From the IMG/VR virus record IMGVR_UViG_3300032236_000747, positions 124,001-188,000 of that record: a stretch of DNA of 64,000 nt; one strand, given 5' to 3'. The notes under the pieces were generated by a model. The model was not told where the DNA came from, searched no databases, and was given only the letters and a program-made list of their open reading frames with translations. The first letter of the stretch is position 1; each line of letters opens with the position of its first letter. Of this stretch, positions 16,440 to 23,907 are shown piece after piece. Both the position numbers and the translations under genes were made by a program.

Positions 16440-17510
16440 ATGTCAAAAAAGATGCAACAGCTCTTAGACTTAATCGTTAACGAAGAAACTGAAAAAGCCA
16501 ACGAACTTTTTCATGAGATCGTTGTCGAAAGATCTAGAGAGATTTATGAAAATTTAATAGCAGAAGAAGAAAATCAAGAAATGGATGAAGACGATTCTAT
16601 GGATGAAGACGATTCCGTTGAAGAAGATACAGAAGACGACCTAGAAGAAGGTTTCGGAGATATGGATGACGGCGATGACGCAGAAGCTGATCCAGCAGAT
16701 AAGTTTGTTGGTGATGTAAGCGCAGACGACGACATGGACGGTGGCGACGAGTTTGGTGGTGATGACATGGGCGGTGAAGACGGCTCTGCTCCAGCTACTA
16801 AAGATGACGTACAAGATTTAGAAGACGCACTAGCTGAACTAAAAGCTGAGTTTGAAGCTCTAATGGGCGGAGACGGCGGCGAAGAAGACGAGTTTGGTGG
16901 TGATGACATGGACGGCGAAGACGACGGCGAAGAGAACCCATTCGGCAGCGAAGATGATGATCAAGAAGATGATGATCAAGAAGACGATGACGAAGAAGGC
17001 GAAGAAGAAGCTGACGAAAGCATGGGTCTACGTGAATATCGCGAAACAGTTGGTCACAACTACGGTGGTAGCACACAAAAAGCTCAAGGTGTTAACGTAG
17101 GCGGACACACTGGCGAAAACTACCCAGCTCCAAGAGAAGGTTCTAGCACAGTAAACACAAATGCTAAATCTACAATGCCTAACAGCAAAGCTAACGCTAA
17201 AAACATCGCGCAAGGTGGCACAGGCGTAGGCGAAATGACTGGTACAAGTACTAATGCTGACAAAGGCTCACGTGGTTTAGTTGGTGCTACTAAAGGCGAG
17301 TTCACTACAGGTGTAACAAAGAACCTAGCAAGTAGCTCTAAAGCTAAAATGAAAGACGGTGCTGCTCTAGACTCAGTTAAAAAGGGTCACGGCGCAGAGA
17401 AGAAAGGCGGAGCTCCGGGCCCAGTAGGTTCGGGTACAGGCGAAAAAGCCGGCCAAACTAGCGGTGCAGAAGGCGCTAAGAAGCCATTCTTACAACCATA
17501 TAAGAAATAA
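16440..17510 (+). CDS. Highly acidic prohead core/scaffold-like protein (positional analogue of T4 gp67/68)
   Basis: Asp/Glu-rich central region, Gly/Lys-rich C-terminus; between portal and protease. Confidence 0.65.
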   Translation: MSKKMQQLLDLIVNEETEKANELFHEIVVERSREIYENLIAEEENQEMDEDDSMDEDDSVEEDTEDDLEEGFGDMDDGDDAEADPADKFVGDVSADDDMDGGDEFGGDDMGGEDGSAPATKDDVQDLEDALAELKAEFEALMGGDGGEEDEFGGDDMDGEDDGEENPFGSEDDDQEDDDQEDDDEEGEEEADESMGLREYRETVGHNYGGSTQKAQGVNVGGHTGENYPAPREGSSTVNTNAKSTMPNSKANAKNIAQGGTGVGEMTGTSTNADKGSRGLVGATKGEFTTGVTKNLASSSKAKMKDGAALDSVKKGHGAEKKGGAPGPVGSGTGEKAGQTSGAEGAKKPFLQPYKK

Positions 17511-17514
17511 TTAG

Positions 17515-18144
17515 ATGAAACTTTCCTATCTAAGAGAGCATTTAAGTTTTGACCAAGCCCGTGTGGTAATGGAGTCTGACGATAAAGATGGTAAAAATCT
17601 TTATCTAAAAGGCATCGCTATCCAGGGCGGCATCAAAAATGCTAACCAACGTGTTTATCCAGTAAGTGAGATTACTAACGCAGTAAAAACACTTAATGAT
17701 CAAATACAAAATGGTTACAGTGTCCTTGGGGAAGTTGATCATCCGGATGACTTAAAAGTAAATTTAGACCGTGTATCACATATGATCACTGACATGTGGA
17801 TGGACGGCCCTAACGGTTACAGCAAGATGAAAATCTTGCCTACGCCAATGGGTAACTTAATTCGTACTATGCTTGAAGCTGGTGTAAAACTTGGTGTTAG
17901 TTCTAGAGGCAGCGGCAACGTTGATGATAGAACTGGTCAAGTACAAGACTTCGAGATTATCACAGTTGATATAGTTGCTCAGCCAAGCGCACCAGGAGCG
18001 TATCCTACTCCCGTATATGAACATTTGATGAACACACGCGGTGGGAACAGAGCATTCTTAGTTGCACAAGAAGTAAAAGAAGATCCAAAGGCCCAGAAAT
18101 ATCTTAAGGAATCCCTCCTTAATATTATTAAAGGTCTAAAATAA
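17515..18144 (+). CDS. gp21: Prohead core protein protease
   Basis: 'GIAIQGGIKNANQRVYP...LGEVDHP...NLDRVSHMI...LGVSSRGSG...DIVAQPSAPGAY'. Confidence 0.95.
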   Translation: MKLSYLREHLSFDQARVVMESDDKDGKNLYLKGIAIQGGIKNANQRVYPVSEITNAVKTLNDQIQNGYSVLGEVDHPDDLKVNLDRVSHMITDMWMDGPNGYSKMKILPTPMGNLIRTMLEAGVKLGVSSRGSGNVDDRTGQVQDFEIITVDIVAQPSAPGAYPTPVYEHLMNTRGGNRAFLVAQEVKEDPKAQKYLKESLLNIIKGLK

Positions 18145-18160
18145 GCCCGAGGAGAAATAG

Positions 18161-19252
18161 ATGTTGGACGCATTCAAACAGTTAGTTGAGTCAGGTGTAA
18201 TGACAGAGGAAACTCAGTCAGTTATCGAATCTGCCTTTGCTGCTAAAATTCAAGAGAATCGCGACCAAGTCACAGCTGAACTACGTGAAGAGTTTGCTGG
18301 CAAGTATGAACACGATAAAGGTGTCATGGTTGAAGCAATCGACAAGTTGTTGAGCGAGAGATTGGCCGCAGAGATGGCTGAACTTGCTGAAGATAAAAGA
18401 GCATTAGCAGAAGCTAAGGTTGCTTATCAACGCAAGATGGCAAGTGATGCCCAGATGATGGAATCATTTGTTATTAAACAGCTAACAAAAGAGTTGGGAG
18501 AGTTCCAAAGCGATCGTAGAACGGTTGCTGAAAACTTTGCCAAGCTAGAGGGTTTCATTGTACACGCCCTAGCTAAGGAAATACGAGAGTTTGCAATCGA
18601 CAAGAAAGCTGTAGTGGAAACTAAAGTTAAACTTGTTCGTGAAGCAAAAGACCGTTTTGAAGTTATTAAGAAACAATTTATACAACGTAGTGCTAAGGTA
18701 GTTGAAGCAGCAGTTACAGCTAAGTTAACATCTGAAATCAAGCAATTGAAAGAAGATATCGATTCAGCTCGTACAAACAACTTTGGACGTCGTATATTTG
18801 AAGCATTTGTTCAGGAATACAACGGTTCCTATCTAAACGAAAAATCTGAAACAAATAAATTGTTAAAGGTTATCGCGCAGAAAGATGCCGCACTTGCTGA
18901 AGCAACCAATGCGCTATCACAAAAAGAAACTATCGTTGAATCTAAAGAACGCGAACTCCGTGTTCAGAAAGATTTAATGGAGCGTAAGGCTGTGATGAGC
19001 GAGTTGTTATCACCTTTAGGTGCTGACAAGAGAGAACTCATGAAAGATTTGTTAGAATCAGTACCAACTAAGAAATTGAACGAGAGTTTTGAGAAATACC
19101 TACCAGCAGTAATGGAAGGCGAGACAAAGCGTGTAGTTAAAAAAGCTACACTAACTGAAGGTACCGCTGTAACAGGAGATCGTGGAGTAGTTACTCCCGA
19201 GGTAGGCTTAGATAACATCTTAGATATCCGCAAACTAGCGGGTCTAAAATAA
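18161..19252 (+). CDS. gp22: Prohead core scaffold protein
   Basis: Long coiled coil between protease and MCP; 'GRRIFEAF' motif; C-terminal 'IRKLAGL'. Confidence 0.85.
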   Translation: MLDAFKQLVESGVMTEETQSVIESAFAAKIQENRDQVTAELREEFAGKYEHDKGVMVEAIDKLLSERLAAEMAELAEDKRALAEAKVAYQRKMASDAQMMESFVIKQLTKELGEFQSDRRTVAENFAKLEGFIVHALAKEIREFAIDKKAVVETKVKLVREAKDRFEVIKKQFIQRSAKVVEAAVTAKLTSEIKQLKEDIDSARTNNFGRRIFEAFVQEYNGSYLNEKSETNKLLKVIAQKDAALAEATNALSQKETIVESKERELRVQKDLMERKAVMSELLSPLGADKRELMKDLLESVPTKKLNESFEKYLPAVMEGETKRVVKKATLTEGTAVTGDRGVVTPEVGLDNILDIRKLAGLK

Positions 19253-19272
19253 TATATTCAAGGAGACTATAA

Positions 19273-20454
19273 ATGTCACAATTATTAAATGAAAGATGGT
19301 CAGAGACCAAAGAAGCTCTGCTTGAAGGCCTACAAGGTAACCGCCGTGCTTCTATGCAAGTTTGCTTAGAAAACACACGTAAGTACCTAGCAGAAGCCGC
19401 TACAGCAGGCGCAACAAGTTCTGGTAACGTTGCAACACTTAACCGTGTTATCCTTCCAGTTATCCGTCGTGTAATGCCAACAGTTATTGCTAACGAAATC
19501 ATCGGTGTACAACCAATGACAGGTCCAGTAGCTCAAATCCATACTCTACGTGTTCGTTATGCTGACACTAGTGCTGGTGATGGTATCGTAGCAGGTGAAG
19601 AAGCTCTAAGCCCATTCAAGATTGCTAGTGCTTATTCTGGTAACAGCAATGACACTTCTCCAAAGGCTGCTTCAACAAGCCAACTAGAAGGTCAACCAGG
19701 TAAGCGTATGAGCATTCAAATCTTGAAGGCTCCAGTCGAAGCTAAGTCTCGTAAACTAAGCGCACGCTGGACTTTCGAGGCTGCACAAGATGCACAAGCC
19801 CAACAAGGTATTGACATCGAAGCAGAAATCATGGCTGCTCTAGCTCAAGAAATCACAGCTGAAATCGACCAAGAGATCCTAACATCTCTACGTTCTTTAG
19901 CTTCAGTTGAACAGACTTACGATCAATCGTTGGTATCTGGTACAGCTACATTCGTTGGTGATGAACACGCTGCTCTAGCGATTCTTATCAACCGTGCTGC
20001 TAACTTGATCGCTCAACGTACACGTCGTGGTGCTGCTAACTGGGCAGTTGTTTCTAACCAGGCTCTAACGATCCTACAAAGTGCAACTACTTCAGCTTTT
20101 GCTCGTACTACAGAAGGTACATTCGAAGCTCCAACAAACACCAAGTTCGTTGGTACATTGAACGGCGCAATGCGTGTTTATGTTGACGCATACAAGTCTG
20201 ACACAGACAACAACAACCAGATCCTATTGGGATACAAAGGTGCTAGCGAAGCAGATGCTGCTGCGTTCTATTGCCCATATATTCCGTTGATGTCTTCTGG
20301 TGTTGTTCTTGACCCAGCTACATTCGAACCAGTAGTTGGCTTCCTAACACGCTACGGCTATGTTGAACTAAGCAACACAGCTAGCAGCTTAGGTAATGCC
20401 GCTGACTACTTGGCTAAAGTAGCTATCAATAGCTCAACAGTTAGCTTCCAGTAA
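19273..20454 (+). CDS. gp23: Major capsid protein (T4 gp23-like)
   Basis: 'VILPVIRRVMPTVIANEIIGVQPMTGPVAQIHTLR...VEAKSRKLSARWTFEAAQD...EIDQEI...FYCPYIPL...FEPVVGFLTRYG'. Confidence 0.97.
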   Translation: MSQLLNERWSETKEALLEGLQGNRRASMQVCLENTRKYLAEAATAGATSSGNVATLNRVILPVIRRVMPTVIANEIIGVQPMTGPVAQIHTLRVRYADTSAGDGIVAGEEALSPFKIASAYSGNSNDTSPKAASTSQLEGQPGKRMSIQILKAPVEAKSRKLSARWTFEAAQDAQAQQGIDIEAEIMAALAQEITAEIDQEILTSLRSLASVEQTYDQSLVSGTATFVGDEHAALAILINRAANLIAQRTRRGAANWAVVSNQALTILQSATTSAFARTTEGTFEAPTNTKFVGTLNGAMRVYVDAYKSDTDNNNQILLGYKGASEADAAAFYCPYIPLMSSGVVLDPATFEPVVGFLTRYGYVELSNTASSLGNAADYLAKVAINSSTVSFQ

Positions 20455-20472
20455 TATCGGACTATCAGTAAC

Positions 20473-20502
20473 AAAAAGGACTCTTCGGAGTCCTTTTTCT
20501 TT
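20473..20502 (+). terminator. Rho-independent terminator with UUCG loop after the MCP gene
   Basis: aaaaaggactc-TTCG-gagtccttttt followed by more T. Confidence 0.9.
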
Positions 20503-20508
20503 GGGTGC

Positions 20509-20516
20509 TATAAATA
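20509..20516 (+). promoter_or_regulatory. Late promoter TATAAATA
   Basis: Exact T4 late consensus right after the terminator. Confidence 0.75.
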
Positions 20517-20588
20517 ACTTGTCCAAAAGGATTGTTGCGGTGCCAACCGCGCAGTGGATAGAACCCACACATTTAAAGGAGAAATAAA

Positions 20589-21131
20589 ATGGCAAAAGGA
20601 ATGAAAATAGCAAAAGGGAATTCGATTCAGATCGATTCTCAAATTGGTCCACAACTAGTAACATGGGCAAACAGCACCAACACTAATACATTTACAGCAC
20701 TTGGTGGTGTAGGTGGTAATCCTGTTGTAGCAGCGCCACGTACTATTCAAGTACACTACAAGACAGCCGCTGGCGTACAAAAGAATGATGGTTTCATTGT
20801 TAAGCAGCGCGGACGTAAACAGTTTGATGTTCAAAGTGTTTCTGGAGGAGTAACATCTCGCACACGTTGCACACTTGTAGAAGGCAGCTCATTAGCAGCA
20901 AATCAAATGTACATTACACTTGGTTATAACGGCGGTGGCGCACAATATGCTTTTAGAATCACTAACAGATATGTTTGGACAAACAGTAGTTCACCTGTTC
21001 GTTATCAATATACACTAGGTCTAAGCGCAGAAGTTGCTTATATTCAAGCAACAGCCGGCGTGGGATTCTATGACTATGAAACAACAACAGCACAATATCC
21101 AGCATTGGCAGTTGTAGAAGCACAAAATTAA
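20589..21131 (+). CDS. Hypothetical virion protein (possible head decoration)
   Basis: 180 aa; own late promoter, SD aaggag and terminator; directly after MCP. Confidence 0.6.
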   Translation: MAKGMKIAKGNSIQIDSQIGPQLVTWANSTNTNTFTALGGVGGNPVVAAPRTIQVHYKTAAGVQKNDGFIVKQRGRKQFDVQSVSGGVTSRTRCTLVEGSSLAANQMYITLGYNGGGAQYAFRITNRYVWTNSSSPVRYQYTLGLSAEVAYIQATAGVGFYDYETTTAQYPALAVVEAQN

Positions 21132-21146
21132 TTTTTAAGCATCTAT

Positions 21147-21171
21147 AAAAGGCTCTTCGGAGCCTTTTTTT
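21147..21171 (+). terminator. Rho-independent terminator with UUCG loop
   Basis: aaaaggctc-TTCG-gagcc-ttttttt. Confidence 0.9.
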
Positions 21172-21176
21172 ATAGG

Positions 21177-21182
21177 TAAATA
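21177..21182 (+). promoter_or_regulatory. Late promoter core TAAATA
   Basis: After the terminator; ends 5 nt before ATG 21188. Confidence 0.6.
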
Positions 21183-21187
21183 ATCTT

Positions 21188-21697
21188 ATGCCCACACCTT
21201 GGTTCTATCCTACAGTAATAACACAGTTCGCAGAAGATGATCGACATACCCCTTGGTTGGGAGTAGGTGATGATTTTACCACAATCGTACAAGTTAGAAC
21301 AGTTACTGATCTAACAACTATAGCCAACGATCTTCAACTTAACAATATGAAAACTAAATCATATTATTTGTTGTTACAAGGCTTTGATATATATAATGTT
21401 CCTAATCCTATAAGTGGTATAGAACTATATGTTGATGTTAGAAGGGGCGGAAGAATAACAGATGATTCAGTTATACTTTGGTATAATGGTGACAACATAA
21501 GTTCAAATAGGGCAACAGGCGAGTTAAGTGATTTAAAAATTTACGGTGCTCCGGATGACCTTTGGGATACTGTTCCTATGATCAACAATCTAATCACTAG
21601 CCCGCAGTTCGGAGTTTTATTAAGATACCAAAGCAATGTATTTTGGCCGCATAAAACAACTCCTAATCTACAACACGTACAGTTACGCTTCTGGTAA
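21188..21697 (+). CDS. Hypothetical structural protein (beta-rich)
   Basis: 169-aa ORF in the late cluster. Confidence 0.65.
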   Translation: MPTPWFYPTVITQFAEDDRHTPWLGVGDDFTTIVQVRTVTDLTTIANDLQLNNMKTKSYYLLLQGFDIYNVPNPISGIELYVDVRRGGRITDDSVILWYNGDNISSNRATGELSDLKIYGAPDDLWDTVPMINNLITSPQFGVLLRYQSNVFWPHKTTPNLQHVQLRFW

Positions 21698-21700
21698 CAA

Positions 21701-21706
21701 TAAATA
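21701..21706 (+). promoter_or_regulatory. Late promoter core TAAATA
   Basis: Upstream of ATG 21724. Confidence 0.55.
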
Positions 21707-21723
21707 CAATAAAGGAAAAATAA

Positions 21724-22734
21724 ATGGTAACCGACGTTGTCAGAGTTAATGGAAGTTATGTCATACAGGCTAACAATGGTAATATAACATTAACCAGCCC
21801 CAACACGGTTGTTAATGGCAACCTAACAGTTTACGGAACACAGACCAGCGTTGAAAGTGTTGACGTAACTGTAACTGCTACTATTGTAATTTTAAATCAA
21901 GGTGAACCAGGTCCTGGAGTTACAAGGATCACTCCGGGTTTTCCGGCCAACAGCGCAGGTCTTATGGTTTCAAGAGGACACAGCGACAGTACTAGCTACG
22001 GCGCTTTCTTACTCTATGATGATTCTGTTGTTAGTTCAGATGGAACTAACTCTATACAAGGTATATGGCGCTTTAATGGCACTACAGCAGACCCTAGTAA
22101 TGAAATAGGTAGTGCTATCCAAGTTCAATCTATTCGTACACCCAACGGTGCTACGTTAAACTTGCTAGGAGCAGAGAATCCTAATGCTAAGGTAACCGTA
22201 AAAGGTGCTAGTACAGTAACTACCTATGCTAGCCGTATCACAGATGACGATGATATTCCTAACAAAGCATATGTTGATCAGTTCTATGCTCGTGGTACGA
22301 CTATTACACAACGAGTACAGGTTGGCAATAGTTATATTCAAATATATGACAACAGCATAAACACAGCTAGTCAATATTATAATCCAACTAATCAAGTTCA
22401 AGTTGCGCTAGGTACAGCAACTAACGTTGTGTTTACACTAGCCGATGCATCGGCACAAATTCAAAATCTAACTGTCGTTGGTAGCTCAATACAAGTAAAC
22501 AACTCAGCTGTTGATACTGATATTTCTATTTCACCTTCAGGAACAGGAAACTTGGTTGTTAATAGTGCTGTGACATTATTAAACATATCTTCTGTTCCTC
22601 CTCTTAGCAATCACACTTCAATATATTCTTCAAATCCACAGGGCGGCGGTAGCGGCTTGTATTTTGTAAATAACACTTATCAAGACGAACTAGTTAGCCG
22701 TAAGAGAGCAATCGTCTACGGTATAATATTTTAA
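21724..22734 (+). CDS. Structural fibre/baseplate-associated protein
   Basis: 'VNGNLTVYGTQTSVES...VILNQGE' fibre-shaft motif; 'IPNKAYVD' coiled-coil motif; C-terminal 'ELVSRKRAIVYGIIF'. Confidence 0.6.
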   Translation: MVTDVVRVNGSYVIQANNGNITLTSPNTVVNGNLTVYGTQTSVESVDVTVTATIVILNQGEPGPGVTRITPGFPANSAGLMVSRGHSDSTSYGAFLLYDDSVVSSDGTNSIQGIWRFNGTTADPSNEIGSAIQVQSIRTPNGATLNLLGAENPNAKVTVKGASTVTTYASRITDDDDIPNKAYVDQFYARGTTITQRVQVGNSYIQIYDNSINTASQYYNPTNQVQVALGTATNVVFTLADASAQIQNLTVVGSSIQVNNSAVDTDISISPSGTGNLVVNSAVTLLNISSVPPLSNHTSIYSSNPQGGGSGLYFVNNTYQDELVSRKRAIVYGIIF

Positions 22735-22744
22735 GGTAACCAAT

Positions 22745-23053
22745 ATGGCTTTAACAAATACGCTTATATCATCTACAACAACTACAGCAATATTTTCATC
22801 AGCAGGAAGTAATGCTATTACTACTATGATATTTTGCAATACAGGCGGAGTAGATGGAACTCTAACAGTTTATGCTGTAGCTAGTGGTAATGTAATCGGC
22901 ACAAGTACTACAATACTTTCTGCTGTGCCGTTGCCTTCTACTGAAACTTTTACTCTAGATACTGAAAAACTTATTTTAGGCCAAGGCGATGTTATATATG
23001 CCCAAGCCAGTGTTGGCACTGTTGGGGTTACTGTAAGTAGTGTGGGAATATAA
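22745..23053 (+). CDS. Small beta-sandwich virion protein
   Basis: 102 aa; '...TMIFCN...TLTVY...ETFTLDTEKLILGQGDVIYAQAS'; resembles 29612..29995. Confidence 0.6.
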   Translation: MALTNTLISSTTTTAIFSSAGSNAITTMIFCNTGGVDGTLTVYAVASGNVIGTSTTILSAVPLPSTETFTLDTEKLILGQGDVIYAQASVGTVGVTVSSVGI

Positions 23054-23784
23054 TGAAATATACAAAAAGATTAGTCCTTAATCGTTTTAGGCCAACTGAT
23101 AATACCTTTGCTGTTCAGCAAGATGGTACTATTGTTACGAATACAAAGAAAGCCCTAGAAACTCCTTCTGGACTTACTTCTCAAAGACCTGCTGCTCCAG
23201 TAAATGGTGAAATACGATATAATCAAACTATATCTGATTTAGAAGCATATAACATCAGCGGCCAGGGCACAGGGTGGGAAAGAATCAAAACAAATAGACA
23301 AACTCCTGTAACAGCACAAAATCTTGGAGTTGGCAACTATCAAAATACATTGTTTGGACCTTTATCTTATAATGTTAGTACCACTGCTCCTCAAAACGTT
23401 TTAGTATTTGTTGATAACGTATATCAAATTCCTAACACTAACTATACTTTGGTTAGTGGGGCAGGAGCAACTACTTCTACAACACTAACTAGCACTGCTT
23501 CTACAGGATCAAATACATTAGTTGTAGCAACTACTACTAATATATTGCTAGGCATGATTGTTACAGCCAGTGGTGGTCTAGCAAATGGAACTACAGTTAC
23601 AAACATCACTACAGCAACCAGGACAATAACTATTAGTCCTAATACTATTGCTAGTATACCCGCAAGTAGCACCGTAACCTTTTCTGAAGGTGCTGGAACA
23701 TTTGTTAATTTTACTAGTGCTGTGCCAGCTAAGCCTGTGTTTGTGTTACTGGGGCTTGACGGCTACTCTCCTCCTAATAGTTAA
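23053..23784 (+). CDS. Structural protein with fibre-type motifs
   Basis: 'PSGLTSQRPAAPVNGEIRYN' and 'NVLVFVDNVYQIPNTNYTL' motifs typical of phage fibre/baseplate proteins. Confidence 0.6.
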   Translation: MKYTKRLVLNRFRPTDNTFAVQQDGTIVTNTKKALETPSGLTSQRPAAPVNGEIRYNQTISDLEAYNISGQGTGWERIKTNRQTPVTAQNLGVGNYQNTLFGPLSYNVSTTAPQNVLVFVDNVYQIPNTNYTLVSGAGATTSTTLTSTASTGSNTLVVATTTNILLGMIVTASGGLANGTTVTNITTATRTITISPNTIASIPASSTVTFSEGAGTFVNFTSAVPAKPVFVLLGLDGYSPPNS

Positions 23785-23800
23785 TAAATCCAAATATCGA

Positions 23801-23806
23801 TAAATA
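23801..23806 (+). promoter_or_regulatory. Late promoter core TAAATA
   Basis: About 95 nt upstream of ATG 23903. Confidence 0.6.
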
Positions 23807-23811
23807 ACTTT

Positions 23812-23907
23812 GATGCCATGCATTAGAGGCAGAACATACTGTGGTAAACCCGCAATGAAAGGTGGTTATCCGTGAAACTCGGTGGTTTAGGAGCTTGTTC
23901 GCATGGC
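23812..23907 (+). promoter_or_regulatory. Candidate structured 5' leader (cis-regulatory RNA)
   Basis: gccatgc 23815-23821 pairs with gcATGgc 23901-23907; gaaca/tgttc; taaacc/ggttta next to the SD; ggtggtt occurs twice. Confidence 0.5.
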
